A stretch of 64,000 nucleotides of DNA from Bacteroidales bacterium. Its GTDB lineage: Bacteria > Bacteroidota > Bacteroidia > Bacteroidales > UBA10428. Positions 1 to 10,177 of this stretch are shown here, piece after piece. The stretch's first letter is position 1. Each line of letters starts with the position of its first letter. The DNA lies in contig JAFGOR010000013.1 in assembly GCA_016926375.1 (NCBI GenBank), positions 1,658-65,657 of the forward strand. Reading direction: 5' to 3'. Under the pieces are notes generated by a model that ran no database searches, was not told where the DNA came from, and worked only from the letters and a program-made list of their open reading frames with translations. The translations under genes were made by a program, and so were the position numbers.

Positions 1-2
1 CC

Positions 3-161
3 GGGCAAGCTGAGAATATCCTGCAGCAGGGAGAAGCCGATTTGATTCTTGTTGGAAGGGAAATGCTCCGAAATCCGTATTTTGCATTCGGGGCAGCGCA
101 TGAACTGAATAGCAAAACCGACTGGCCGGCCCAGTATTTGCGGGCCAAACCAGTCGATTAG
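3..161 (+). CDS. NADH:flavin oxidoreductase (Old Yellow Enzyme family), C-terminal fragment; the 5' end lies outside the window
   Basis: Frame-3 translation is GQAENILQQGEADLILVGREMLRNPYFAFGAAHELNSKTDWPAQYLRAKPVD, ending at TAG 159-161. It resembles the C-terminus of OYE enzymes such as B. subtilis YqjM (ADLIFIGRELLRDPFF...). Confidence 0.6.
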   Translation, partial: GQAENILQQGEADLILVGREMLRNPYFAFGAAHELNSKTDWPAQYLRAKPVD

Positions 162-166
162 CGATA

Positions 167-2596
167 CTAAAGACCACCTTTTCCTTCGGTTCTTTCGTAT
201 TCAGCCGATCTGTTGATCTTGCTGATCTTGTTGCCCCGTTTGAAATTATAGGTAATTGAGAAACAGAACAACTGGTCGACATCCACATGGCCTGCCCAGC
301 TTTCGTGGTACCCGGGAGTTTCGGTTTTCACTTTTTGATACATGAACTCTTTTATCAGCGGATTATAGATTACATCAACACTAAGCTTTTCGGAAAATTT
401 CTTTTCGGCTCCAAAGAGTATCAGCAAATCCCTTGAATGGGTTCTCTGGTAGCTGATATTCGGACTTCCGTAATTGGCAAACATAAACACCGAATAATCT
501 TTGGGTAACGTTACAATATTGCTGCAATTGAACCTGTAACTGGCTTTCTCTTCAGATGCATGACCTGCAATAGCTTTGTCGGTTTTAATATACCTGTTGA
601 AAACCGATACATTGGCGTTGATTCTCCAGCGCTTCATGATCTGAAAGGCACCATTCAGACTTAAACCATACTCCATATTCCGGCCTATATTATCCTGTGT
701 GATTTCAGTTACACCTTCACCGGTTACTTTAGTGTTGTCCTGAATGCCGTTGGTTGTGTAGCGGATGTATAATTTAGGCGACAGGTAATTGGCCTTAAAG
801 TTCTTGGAATAGGTTAATTCAAAGCGGTTTTCGATGGTGGGTTCCAGGTCAGGATTACCCCTGCGCACATGCATCGAATCAGACCAGATTTCAAAGGGGT
901 TCAGACTGTTAATTGAAGGTCTGAAAATTTGTTTGCGATAGGTCAGCTTGATGTTTTGTTCTGCCTGCAAATTCTGATTCAAGGTAAACTGGGGCAACAA
1001 AACCGTATAATCGGTATGGTTTTCCGAGTTGATCTCAATCCAGGAGTATTCACCCCTTAATCCGGCCTGCCAGGTGAATTTTTTGATTTTTCCTGAAAGA
1101 TTGTAATATGCAGTTTGCCGGGTTTCCATATAATTGAATTCCTCACTTTTTTCACTAACAACCTCTTCAATAATGTGTCTTTCGGTAAAGTCATTCTCCA
1201 TCCAGGCTGCATATGTCCGGTAACCGGCTTCATTTTTCAAATTTCCAAGGGTAAAGGCAATGTCAAACTTCAGCTCACCATTTCGCCTCAGGTTTTCAGT
1301 GAGGTCGTTCCGCCTGATATGCGAAAGGGGTGTTACCAGGTCTTCCGTATTCAGGTACGTATCGGAATAGTTGTTGTTAACCCTTCCTGTCTGCTGGTTA
1401 TAGTAAGCTTCCAGCCTGAGATCGTCCCCGTCTTTTCGGAATTTTCTCCTGTAATACAACGAGAAGTAGTAATTGTTACTTTTATCCTTTGAATCCCTTA
1501 TTGATGCAAGATATTCTGTCAGTAAATCACCCGAATAGGTATGGCTTGAGATATGGTAATTATCAGATACGCCTTTCCAGTTTCTCCATTCGCCCAGGAA
1601 ATTCAGTGATGATTTTTCATTGAGGAACCAGTCGATTCCATAATTCATGTAATTCTGCTGCCAACTGTTCTTTCCCTTACCTGTTTTATCAAAGAAATAC
1701 GGACTTCCATTCACATCATCAATGCGTGTAGTCACCTGATCCTTTCCGTTGAACCTTTCATAGTGCAGCTGATCGCTGGCATAAAACCGGAATCGCTGGT
1801 TACCGTATTCTATATTTGCTGCGGGTTCTGCCAAGATATTTTCAGGATGTGGAACCGGTATTTTTACAGATCCGCTGATGCCATACCGTGCTTCTTTTTT
1901 CAATACGATATTGATTACCCCTGAAACCTCTGCATCGTAACGCACGCCGGGATTTGTGATCAATTCAATTTTATCAACCATATCGGGCTTTAGCTGTGCC
2001 ACATATTCCTTGTTTCGCAATACACCGTCTACATAAAACTGAATATTTGAACTACCTTCCAGCGATACATTATTCATAAAATCTACAGATACCGACGGAA
2101 TATGCTTCAATGCATCAAGAGCGGTGGTAGAAGCCTTCCGGATATCGTCATTTAAGGTGAAAACGGTACGGTCGACTTTTTCTTCACCTTTCAGGCGCTG
2201 GCCTACTATTACCGCAGCATCTATCGACTTTACATCTTCGGTCATCTTCATTTCATTCAGATTAACCATTCTGTTACGGGATGAAAGTTCAATGTCTTTT
2301 ATTTGAATTGTTTTATAACCAACAAAAGTAGCTTTGATGTTGTATTTGCCATAGGGTAATCCACTGAAATTGAATTTCCCCTGATCGTCAGATATAACGC
2401 CGGAAATAAGGGCAGAATCTGTTGCATTTAACAATGCTACAGAAGCAAAAGATACCGGCGCAGAGGTGCTGTCGTTCACCAGTATTCCGGTTATGGTGCC
2501 TCTTTCGGCTTCGTCACCTCCGGTAAAACCAGAGAAAAGAATTACGGCTGTTATCAGGAATACTACCTGAATAAAGTTGTGTAAATTGTATTTCAT
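167..2596 (-). CDS. Outer-membrane beta-barrel / TonB-dependent-receptor-like protein with a CarboxypepD_reg N-terminal domain
   Basis: 809-aa ORF with a hydrophobic signal-like N-terminus. It has a CarboxypepD_reg-like segment (GTITGILVNDSTSAPVSFASVALLN...GKYNIKATFVGY), a plug-like region (ALDALKHIPSVSVD...) and a long Tyr/Asn/Gly-rich barrel. Confidence 0.75.
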   Translation of the reverse strand: MKYNLHNFIQVVFLITAVILFSGFTGGDEAERGTITGILVNDSTSAPVSFASVALLNATDSALISGVISDDQGKFNFSGLPYGKYNIKATFVGYKTIQIKDIELSSRNRMVNLNEMKMTEDVKSIDAAVIVGQRLKGEEKVDRTVFTLNDDIRKASTTALDALKHIPSVSVDFMNNVSLEGSSNIQFYVDGVLRNKEYVAQLKPDMVDKIELITNPGVRYDAEVSGVINIVLKKEARYGISGSVKIPVPHPENILAEPAANIEYGNQRFRFYASDQLHYERFNGKDQVTTRIDDVNGSPYFFDKTGKGKNSWQQNYMNYGIDWFLNEKSSLNFLGEWRNWKGVSDNYHISSHTYSGDLLTEYLASIRDSKDKSNNYYFSLYYRRKFRKDGDDLRLEAYYNQQTGRVNNNYSDTYLNTEDLVTPLSHIRRNDLTENLRRNGELKFDIAFTLGNLKNEAGYRTYAAWMENDFTERHIIEEVVSEKSEEFNYMETRQTAYYNLSGKIKKFTWQAGLRGEYSWIEINSENHTDYTVLLPQFTLNQNLQAEQNIKLTYRKQIFRPSINSLNPFEIWSDSMHVRRGNPDLEPTIENRFELTYSKNFKANYLSPKLYIRYTTNGIQDNTKVTGEGVTEITQDNIGRNMEYGLSLNGAFQIMKRWRINANVSVFNRYIKTDKAIAGHASEEKASYRFNCSNIVTLPKDYSVFMFANYGSPNISYQRTHSRDLLILFGAEKKFSEKLSVDVIYNPLIKEFMYQKVKTETPGYHESWAGHVDVDQLFCFSITYNFKRGNKISKINRSAEYERTEGKGGL

Positions 2597-2969
2597 ATCA
2601 GATTGTTGTTAATGGTTATTAAGGGCCCAACCTGCCTTTACACATTTTGGGCCAAACCTTATAATGATTTGATAAACAATTTATTATATAGCGTTAATCC
2701 AATAACGGTAACAGTTAATAAGTGAACGGCTTTGTAACAAGTGGTGTACGAAAACGAACATCCTTTTCATGTGTTTTGAGCACACAACCTGCACAAGCAT
2801 CGCACGCATACGATTATCTTGCATATTCATTTGCAGGATTAAAAATCAGCAATTTCTGTCAAACTGCGGGTACAGATCAGCAAATATGATCAAGGCTTTA
2901 ATCGTAATTGAAATTAATTTTGTGCCATTACCGGTAATGAAAACCATATTTCAATAAAAACTAAGAAAA

Positions 2970-3446
2970 ATGAACAATAATTTTGAATTAAAGCCTATAG
3001 GCAAGGTTATTGCCTCAAACGGCAACTATTCCATTCAGCTCAAAAAAGAATTTATTTCGGGATTAGTGGGAATTGAAGGATTCAGTCATCTCCAGATAAC
3101 CTGGTGGGGAAGTCTGGTTGACACACCTGAATTACGTAAGATATTGGTGAGTGAGAAACCCTATAAGAAAGGGCCTGAAAAGATCGGTGTGTTTGCCACA
3201 CGATCACCTGTCCGCCCCAATCCCTTATTAATTACCAACATCTCAGTGCTGCGTATCGACTATGAGAAAGGAATCCTATACACGCCCTGGATTGATGCTG
3301 AGAATGAAACTCCCGTTCTGGACATCAAACCCTACCACCTTTCAGAAAGGGTTAAAGACTGCAGGGTTCCGCAGTGGTGTGATCATTGGCCCAAATGGGA
3401 TGAAGAATCTGAAGCATTCGACTGGCAAAATGAATTCAACTTTTAA
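2970..3446 (+). CDS. TsaA/TrmO-like SAM-dependent methyltransferase (UPF0066 family)
   Basis: 158 aa. Motifs: IGKV...GLVGIEGFSHLQITWW, GVFATRSPVRPNP and TPVLDIKPYH, typical of the TsaA/YaeB fold. Confidence 0.65.
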   Translation: MNNNFELKPIGKVIASNGNYSIQLKKEFISGLVGIEGFSHLQITWWGSLVDTPELRKILVSEKPYKKGPEKIGVFATRSPVRPNPLLITNISVLRIDYEKGILYTPWIDAENETPVLDIKPYHLSERVKDCRVPQWCDHWPKWDEESEAFDWQNEFNF

Positions 3447-3457
3447 CTAAATTGCCG

Positions 3458-3494
3458 GCACCTTGCAGACAAATGCTGCAAGGTGCATTTTTCT
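3458..3494 (+). terminator. Rho-independent terminator after the TsaA-like gene
   Basis: Perfect 11-bp stem, gcaccttgcag (3458-3468) pairing with ctgcaaggtgc (3476-3486), with a 7-nt loop, followed by atttttct. Confidence 0.7.
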
Positions 3495-3497
3495 GAA

Positions 3498-4367
3498 ATG
3501 ATCATGACCAACAAGGAAGTAATACTAAAAGCAATTCAGTTTATTGAAAAGAATCTGAAGTCAGAGCTTGATGTTTTCAGGGTATCCCATGAAGTTTGCT
3601 ATTCGCTGTATCATTTTATCCGGCTTTTTCAGAGCATCACAGGATACTCTCCCAAAAACTATATCCAGCAGCGCAGGCTGACTCAATCTGTTTATGAATT
3701 GCGCGACACCAATAAAAAAATTGCCGATATTGCATATGATTATCAATTTGGCAGCCATGAATCATTCACCCGTGCATTTCGAAAACAGTTTCATGTGAAT
3801 CCAACCGAAATCAGGAACGGGAACTCTTTATCGATACTGGCTTTGGTTGCACCCATAACCCCTGAATACATTTATCAATCGGATAAGGTTAGGAACACAC
3901 CACCTGAATTATTGGAAATGCTGGAAAAAACTCTGGTTGGCATATCCTTTTTTTTAAGTGAAGATGATGAAATAACTGATCTTTCGAAAGAATGGACCCG
4001 GTTTATGAATGAAGTCCCTTCGATCAGAAACAGGATCTCTCCGGAACGTTTTTACCAGGTGCAATACTGGTCGGATCAACAGGAAATCGGAGGCTTGTAC
4101 TTTTTCATTGGCGCCGAGGTAACCCATGTGGAAGACCTGAATCCGCTGTTTGTAATTAAAACCATACCGAACGGCAGGTACCTCAGGTTTATTCACAAAG
4201 GATTAGCCAACAAGGTTGGTTATACCTACAAATACATTTACAATCAATTCCTTCCCGACACCCATTACAGGCTCACCAAACCGTTCAATTACGAGTATTA
4301 TGGCGAGAAGTGCCTGGGGCCTTACAATGAAAATTCGGAAAGTGAAATTTATATTCCGGTGGAATGA
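3498..4367 (+). CDS. AraC-family transcriptional regulator with a GyrI-like effector-binding C-terminal domain
   Basis: N-terminal HTH_AraC region (YSLYHFIRLFQSITGYSPKNYIQQRRL...IAYDYQFGSHESFTRAFRKQF). The C-terminal ~150 aa is GyrI-like. The ORF-track GTG start at 3483 sits inside the terminator stem, so I prefer ATG 3498. Confidence 0.75.
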   Translation: MIMTNKEVILKAIQFIEKNLKSELDVFRVSHEVCYSLYHFIRLFQSITGYSPKNYIQQRRLTQSVYELRDTNKKIADIAYDYQFGSHESFTRAFRKQFHVNPTEIRNGNSLSILALVAPITPEYIYQSDKVRNTPPELLEMLEKTLVGISFFLSEDDEITDLSKEWTRFMNEVPSIRNRISPERFYQVQYWSDQQEIGGLYFFIGAEVTHVEDLNPLFVIKTIPNGRYLRFIHKGLANKVGYTYKYIYNQFLPDTHYRLTKPFNYEYYGEKCLGPYNENSESEIYIPVE

Positions 4368-4599
4368 CATTTTTTATCGGAGTATAATTGCCTGATTATG
4401 CAAAAAAGCACAATAAAAAAACCAATTGAAAATGTGGACTTTTACCTGCACGACGTGCATTACATTTAATTAAATAAGGGTATATTCGATTGGATTTTCA
4501 TGCCAAATTCAACTTATACGTTTTGCACAACACCGGAACTATTTACACGATCAATTACGGATAAAAAGTAAATTATGGCATGTAACAAATTCTATATTA

Positions 4600-5415
4600 A
4601 TGCCAAAAGCACAGAGCCTGAAACCGATAATTCTTTATTATAAAAGTACTGACAGTCGTATTGGTCTGGTTTGCGGTCGCGGAATATCCCGAAAATTTCC
4701 GCTTCACAGGCACAAATCAATAAGCCTGGGCATGGTGATCAAAGGTTCTCGTATGCTGACCATAAACCTTAATGATTACATCATTGCCGAAGGGGATGTT
4801 TTCATCATCAATTCAGAAGAACCTCATGCAATCGGCGAAACTCAGAATCCCGGGCATGATTACATCGTGCTGTCTTTTGCACCAGCTTTGATTCGCCAAA
4901 ATGCCGGTACCGGCAACCTTCAATTTGAGAATATTGTTGGTAGTGATCTGCTTGCCGGAAATCTGGAAAGGCTTTTCCACAAAGCAATGACGGGCACCCT
5001 GCAAAAAACGGATATGAATATTGAATGGTTGATTTCTGAAATGCATTGTTTCAGAAAAAAAGAACCGTCGGTAGCTTTAGTAAAAGACAACAGGTTGGAA
5101 AAGGTTAAAACCATGCTGGACCAGTCCTTAGCTGAACCCCATCTGTTGGACACCCTGGCTGATAAAGCTGCAATCAGTGCTTTCCATATGTCGCGTTTGT
5201 TTAAAACTCAAACAGGCATGGCTCCGCATCAGTACCTTTTAGATAACCGCCTGCGACAGGCAAGGGAATTCCTTGAATCAGGTCAAACGGTCAGTGATAT
5301 TGCCATTGCGGCAGGATTTTATGATACAAGCCATTTCATCCGGCATTTCAGCAGGTATTATGGCGTTACACCACAGGTGTATCAGCAGGGAATACGTAGT
5401 TTACCTGAAGAATAG
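4600..5415 (+). CDS. AraC-family transcriptional regulator with an N-terminal cupin (AraC-binding) domain
   Basis: 271 aa with an N-terminal cupin-like segment (GDVFIINSEEPHAI). C-terminal HTH_AraC region (SAFHMSRLFKTQTGMAPHQYLLDNRL...AGFYDTSHFIRHFSRYYGVTPQ). Confidence 0.8.
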   Translation: MPKAQSLKPIILYYKSTDSRIGLVCGRGISRKFPLHRHKSISLGMVIKGSRMLTINLNDYIIAEGDVFIINSEEPHAIGETQNPGHDYIVLSFAPALIRQNAGTGNLQFENIVGSDLLAGNLERLFHKAMTGTLQKTDMNIEWLISEMHCFRKKEPSVALVKDNRLEKVKTMLDQSLAEPHLLDTLADKAAISAFHMSRLFKTQTGMAPHQYLLDNRLRQAREFLESGQTVSDIAIAAGFYDTSHFIRHFSRYYGVTPQVYQQGIRSLPEE

Positions 5416-5485
5416 CAAGATTATACAACTGCCGGATTGCGGCCAGGGTTACCTTTGTTACTGTCAATTCAAATAATAAGGAATC

Positions 5486-5878
5486 ATGGAAAATAATTCA
5501 GCAAGTAGTCTTTTGGAAAAGGGGAAAACCCATCTGACCGGAAGCTCGGTCACCCATCATGATAAGCAATGGAATCCGCATCCGGCGTTCAGGGGTGTAT
5601 ATTTAAAACACATCGTAACCGGAGAGCAGACTGATAACCGGTTTAGTTCTCATATTGTGAGGATTGATCCGGAATGCGCACTGGAAGAGCACATTCACGA
5701 TGGCAAAACAGAATTGCATGAAGTCATAGAGGGCTCCGGAATTTGCTTGCTTAACGGCAAAGAGGTAACCTATGATCCCGGCGATTGTGCCGTAATTCCC
5801 GACAACATAAGGCATACGGTAATTGCCGGCAAAAGCGGCCTTATACTGCACGCCAAATTCATGCCGGCGTTGTTATAA
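5486..5878 (+). CDS. Cupin domain protein
   Basis: 130 aa. Cupin metal motif EEHIHDGKTELHEVIEGSG ... IPDNIRHTV. Confidence 0.7.
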   Translation: MENNSASSLLEKGKTHLTGSSVTHHDKQWNPHPAFRGVYLKHIVTGEQTDNRFSSHIVRIDPECALEEHIHDGKTELHEVIEGSGICLLNGKEVTYDPGDCAVIPDNIRHTVIAGKSGLILHAKFMPALL

Positions 5879-5893
5879 TATGTAAGTATCGGA

Positions 5894-8800
5894 TTAACTG
5901 CACAACCCCAGCAGTTCTGCTACCATTTTGTAAAACAAAGGTGCACTGATGGGCTTGGAGATGTATTCATCAAATCCCTCTTCAGAAAGCCTTTCCCTGT
6001 CATTTGCCAGCGCATAGGCAGTTTGGGCAATTACCGGGATCTGAATATTCAGTTTTCGCAATTCATGAAGCGTTTCAATGCCATCCATTGCAGGCATTTT
6101 GATATCCATGAGGATCAGTTTGATTTCAGGGTGATCCGTCATGATTTCCAAAACCTTCCTGCCGTTTTCGGCATGGTGAACTAGGGCATTTGCCTTTTGA
6201 AGCAGTTTTTTGATGTAGTTGAAGTTGGAGATGTCGTCTTCTGCAATCAGAATATCATATTGGCCCAGGTCGGGAATGGCATTTTCGGCTTTCTTTTCGG
6301 TTTGTCCCGATTTATTTACGGAAGCAGATTCATTCAAAGGAAGCGTAAAAGAAAATTCAGATCCTTTGCCGGGTTGTGATTCCACCTTCATGGTGCCACC
6401 CATAAGGGTTACCAAATGTGATGAAATGGCCAGTCCCAAACCGGTTCCCCGGTATAGTTGTGTCTTATCATCCTCTACCTTTCTGAAACGCTCGAAGATC
6501 ATAGCCTGGTACTCTTCTTTGATGCCAATGCCTGTGTCTTTCACATAGAATTCGATCATGTCAGTGGAATGATTCCGCCTGCATCCGATCTCAATACAAC
6601 CCTGACTGGTAAACTTAACCGCGTTGCTCATCAGGTTCGACAATACCTGTTCAAGCCTGGTTTTGTCGGCTTTGATTTGCATATCATGAATGTCAGGAGC
6701 CATGTTCACTTTCAGATCAACCTTTCTGATGGTGCCTGAATCGTTCCTGTTCATCAGCATTTCGTATGTATCCACGATGTTTGAAATAACCCGGCTCAGC
6801 TTAACATTAACCGGCAACAGTGTCATCTGTCCTGCCTCGATCTTGGAAATATCCATGATGTCATTGATCAGGTCGAGCAACATTTTGCTGCTGTTGTTCA
6901 TAATCCGGTTGTACTCTGTGCGATCCTCATGCGTAACATCTTCTTCACCCAGCAGCGCAGAGAAACCCAGGATGGCATTCAGCGGGGTTCTGATTTCATG
7001 ACTCAGATTGGCCAGAAAGGAAGATTTCAGCTGATCCGACTCTTCAGCCCTTTCTTTTGCCTCAATCAATTCTCTGGTACGTTCTTCAACGAGTTGTTCA
7101 AGCTGATTCCGGTGCTTTTCAAGCTCATGATGTTGCTCCAGAATCATTTCTTTTTGCTGTTGCAGCATGATGTTGCTGCGTTCCAGTTCATCCCTTTGAG
7201 CCAGGAGTTCCTCCTTTTGCGAGTTTATTTCTTCCTGCTTCTCTTCCATGGACAAGGCAACCTCTTCCAACTGCATGGTTCTTTCTTTTACCAGCTGCGA
7301 AAGTTTCTTTTGCTCATACCGGTAATAGGCCATACGCAAATAGTAAAGGAGAAACAACAAACCAATCAAAGCTGAATAAAAAATAATACTGAACCACCAG
7401 GTCTTCCACCAGGGAGGCTTTATGATCACCTCCAGGGCAACTCCTGTTTCATTCCATACGCCATCATTGTTTGAAGCTTTAACCCTGAACACATACCTGC
7501 CGGGATCGAGGTTCGTATATGTGGCAGACCGTTGATAATCTATATAATTCCAATCTTTCTCAAAACCCTCCAGATAATAGGCGTATTTGTTTTTTGCAGG
7601 CTCAATGTAATGAAGTGCAGCGAATTCAATTGTGATGATGTTGTTTTTATGTGACAAGGCAATCTTATTGGCCAGATGCAACGGGCCGGTCAACACCACC
7701 TGGTTGTTGATCTTTTCTCCAATTGTTACAGGTCGGGTAAACAATCTCAAACCGGTGACAGCAACACCGGGTACAATGGAATTTGTTTTAATCCGGTCAG
7801 GATAAAACGCGTTAAATCCGTTCTGTCCTCCGAAGAACAGCATCCCCTTGGTATTTTTATAATAGGCATTGTGCCAGAATTCGTTATTCTGAAGCCCGTC
7901 GCCTTCGTCGAAATTCATAAAAGTGCTGTCGGCCGGATTGAATCTGGATAGTCCGTTTGCTGTACTCATCCAAATATTACCTGAATTGTCCTCGACAATG
8001 CCTACAATTCCTTCACTCGGCAGGCCGTCTTTTTTATGATAGTGGATGAGTTTTATTTTCCCGGCATCCCCGACATCCTTAATAATACCGGTTTCGTTCA
8101 GAAGCCTGTTCAATCCGCCGGCGGTTCCAATCCACAGTGTACCATCAACACCTGTACAAAACGTATTAATGGTATTGTTGCTTAGGCTGGCAGTATCCTG
8201 TTCATTATGACTCAGGTTAATAAATTCAGGTGATTCACTGTTTTTCTGACTTGACGTAAGTATACTTATTCCGTTTCCATGCCCGCCTATCCATAGATTC
8301 TTATTTTTGTCTTCACCCAGCGCCCAAATGATGTTATCACAAAGACTATGCTGATTTTCAGGATCATGGGCATAAAAAATAAATTGATCGGTTTTGTCAT
8401 CGTATCTCCAAAGTCCTGCTTTCCATGTTCCTCCCCAAAGAATGCCATCACTGTCTTCAAATATGGCAAATGTCCATTTCACATGATGATATCTTTTTAC
8501 TAAAGGTTTTCTGCCTGAAAGGGGAACTTCGGGGATGATTTTTGAAACAGATCCTCCTGAACAACCGATCCATACTTCACCATTTTTGCGCTGAACCAGG
8601 GAAATGATGCTATTTCCGGAAATGCTATTGGGATCGCTGGGGTCATGCTTATAATGGAGAACAAGAGGCTCTTTCCCTTCTCTAAAAATAAATCTGTTCA
8701 GGCCTCCCCCTGCATCATTTCCTACCCACAACTCATCGGGATGAATTCCATGGATGGAAGAAATTACGTTCCCGCTCAGCGAATTCGGGTTGTTCGGGAT

Positions 8801-9880
8801 TGATTTGTAGTGCATAAATTCTTTCCGGTACAGGTTGTATTTGCACAAACCCTGGCTGTATGTTCCTATCCAAAGCACACCTGAATGGTCTGCAAATAAA
8901 GAGCCAATGGTATTATCACTGATTGATGAGACATCCAATTCATCCTTTATGAAGTGATCCAGCGAATCATTTTCGGGGTTGTACCTGTACAAACCATCAT
9001 CTTCAGTACCAATCCACAAATAACGGTCTTTGTCAATCAACAGGCAATTTTTGTTCCTGGGAGTTACGTTTATCTTTCCCGGACTGGTGAGCTGGTACGT
9101 TGATTTTTTTTGGTCATAACTGAGTTTTAAAATACCATCACCGGTTGTGCCAATATACAGGTTTCCGTATTCATCTTCCACAATTGATTTTATACTGGTT
9201 GGTGCCAAAGGGACATCTGTTTTATGAAAGGTTTTTGCTTTGCGGTTGAACACGAAAAGTGAATCAGAGAACAATAATAACTGACCATACTTGTTTTCAA
9301 ATGCAAAATCAATATTACCAGTGATCCTTCCTTTATAAAACCTCTGAAAGGTACCTTGACTGCCCTGAGTTGTTTTCTGAGCAACAAATAAATCCAATCC
9401 TTTGCTTGTGCAAACCCAGATATTGCCCTGCCTGTCCTCAGATACCCGGTTAACAAAGTCGCTGCTAATGGTTGACGGATCATTGTTGTTATGTCTGAAC
9501 CTGGTGAATTTTTCAGTTCTGGGGTCAAATCGGTCCAAACCTGCATTGCCGTTATTCACAATCCAGATGTACCCTTGACTGTCTTCCATCATATAAACAA
9601 TTGCATCATGACTTAGGCTGGTGCTATCCTTTTCATCATGACGAAAAACCTGAAAAGAATAACCATCATACCTGTTGATCCCGTCATAAGTAGCAAACCA
9701 AAGAAATCCGTGTCGGTCCTGGAGAATATGTGTCACCGTTGACTGTGATAACCCATCCCTGATGGTTACTTTCTCAAATGTGGAATGATGCAATTGGGCA
9801 TAACAAATAGGGCCGGTAACTGAAGCTAATAATGCCAGTATCGGAATTACTCTGAAAAAAAGTATCCGGGTATTAATCAT
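5894..9880 (-). CDS. Hybrid sensor histidine kinase/response regulator with a periplasmic two-component-regulator propeller and Y_Y_Y domain; no DNA-binding output domain
   Basis: 1328 aa. In order: signal/TM segment; repeated propeller blades (GLWIGT/LWIGT motifs); a Y_Y_Y segment (YAYYLEGFEKDWNY...YVFRVKASNNDGVWN); a TM segment (WWFSIIFYSALIGLLFLLYYL); and a ~100-aa coiled coil. These are followed by HisKA (SFLANLSHEIRTPLN), HATPase (DTGIGI, GTGLGLAIS) and REC (ILIAEDD...ILMDIKMPAMDG). Confidence 0.9.
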   Translation of the reverse strand: MINTRILFFRVIPILALLASVTGPICYAQLHHSTFEKVTIRDGLSQSTVTHILQDRHGFLWFATYDGINRYDGYSFQVFRHDEKDSTSLSHDAIVYMMEDSQGYIWIVNNGNAGLDRFDPRTEKFTRFRHNNNDPSTISSDFVNRVSEDRQGNIWVCTSKGLDLFVAQKTTQGSQGTFQRFYKGRITGNIDFAFENKYGQLLLFSDSLFVFNRKAKTFHKTDVPLAPTSIKSIVEDEYGNLYIGTTGDGILKLSYDQKKSTYQLTSPGKINVTPRNKNCLLIDKDRYLWIGTEDDGLYRYNPENDSLDHFIKDELDVSSISDNTIGSLFADHSGVLWIGTYSQGLCKYNLYRKEFMHYKSIPNNPNSLSGNVISSIHGIHPDELWVGNDAGGGLNRFIFREGKEPLVLHYKHDPSDPNSISGNSIISLVQRKNGEVWIGCSGGSVSKIIPEVPLSGRKPLVKRYHHVKWTFAIFEDSDGILWGGTWKAGLWRYDDKTDQFIFYAHDPENQHSLCDNIIWALGEDKNKNLWIGGHGNGISILTSSQKNSESPEFINLSHNEQDTASLSNNTINTFCTGVDGTLWIGTAGGLNRLLNETGIIKDVGDAGKIKLIHYHKKDGLPSEGIVGIVEDNSGNIWMSTANGLSRFNPADSTFMNFDEGDGLQNNEFWHNAYYKNTKGMLFFGGQNGFNAFYPDRIKTNSIVPGVAVTGLRLFTRPVTIGEKINNQVVLTGPLHLANKIALSHKNNIITIEFAALHYIEPAKNKYAYYLEGFEKDWNYIDYQRSATYTNLDPGRYVFRVKASNNDGVWNETGVALEVIIKPPWWKTWWFSIIFYSALIGLLFLLYYLRMAYYRYEQKKLSQLVKERTMQLEEVALSMEEKQEEINSQKEELLAQRDELERSNIMLQQQKEMILEQHHELEKHRNQLEQLVEERTRELIEAKERAEESDQLKSSFLANLSHEIRTPLNAILGFSALLGEEDVTHEDRTEYNRIMNNSSKMLLDLINDIMDISKIEAGQMTLLPVNVKLSRVISNIVDTYEMLMNRNDSGTIRKVDLKVNMAPDIHDMQIKADKTRLEQVLSNLMSNAVKFTSQGCIEIGCRRNHSTDMIEFYVKDTGIGIKEEYQAMIFERFRKVEDDKTQLYRGTGLGLAISSHLVTLMGGTMKVESQPGKGSEFSFTLPLNESASVNKSGQTEKKAENAIPDLGQYDILIAEDDISNFNYIKKLLQKANALVHHAENGRKVLEIMTDHPEIKLILMDIKMPAMDGIETLHELRKLNIQIPVIAQTAYALANDRERLSEEGFDEYISKPISAPLFYKMVAELLGLCS

Positions 9881-10023
9881 ACTAAATCAGTCCGGTTATA
9901 ATTCTCAATACGAAAATAATACAGTACGGTTTTGCTTTGTTGATGAATAAGTTTAAAGTTAAGTTAAAAATTTTTTCGGTAAGATTTGATTGGCTGAGAA
10001 AAAGCTAAAGGATATTGGCCTTT

Positions 10024-10051
10024 AGCCGCGAGCTGCGAGCTATGAGCTGCG
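10024..10051. repeat. Heptanucleotide tandem repeat, GCYRYGA x4 (gccgcga gctgcga gctatga gctgcga)
   Basis: Read directly from the sequence. It is preceded by an 8-bp hairpin, gctaaagg (10004-10011) pairing with cctttagc (10019-10026). The same heptamer run occurs at 62264-62291. Confidence 0.85.
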
Positions 10052-10177
10052 AGATTGTGGTGTGAAGAAAAATGAATACAGGAACAGTTTTAAAACAATT
10101 TTACTATCTTCAAAAGTCGAAAACACAACAATTTGGGCATTGAACTGACTTTAATAAAAAATTAATAACCAGGTTAA

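Noticed and set aside
3483-3497. GTG start at 3483 for the AraC/GyrI-like regulator, as in the ORF track
   Set aside because: The GTG lies inside the right arm of the 11-bp terminator stem of the upstream gene. ATG 3498 (or 3504), just after the T-run, is more plausible.
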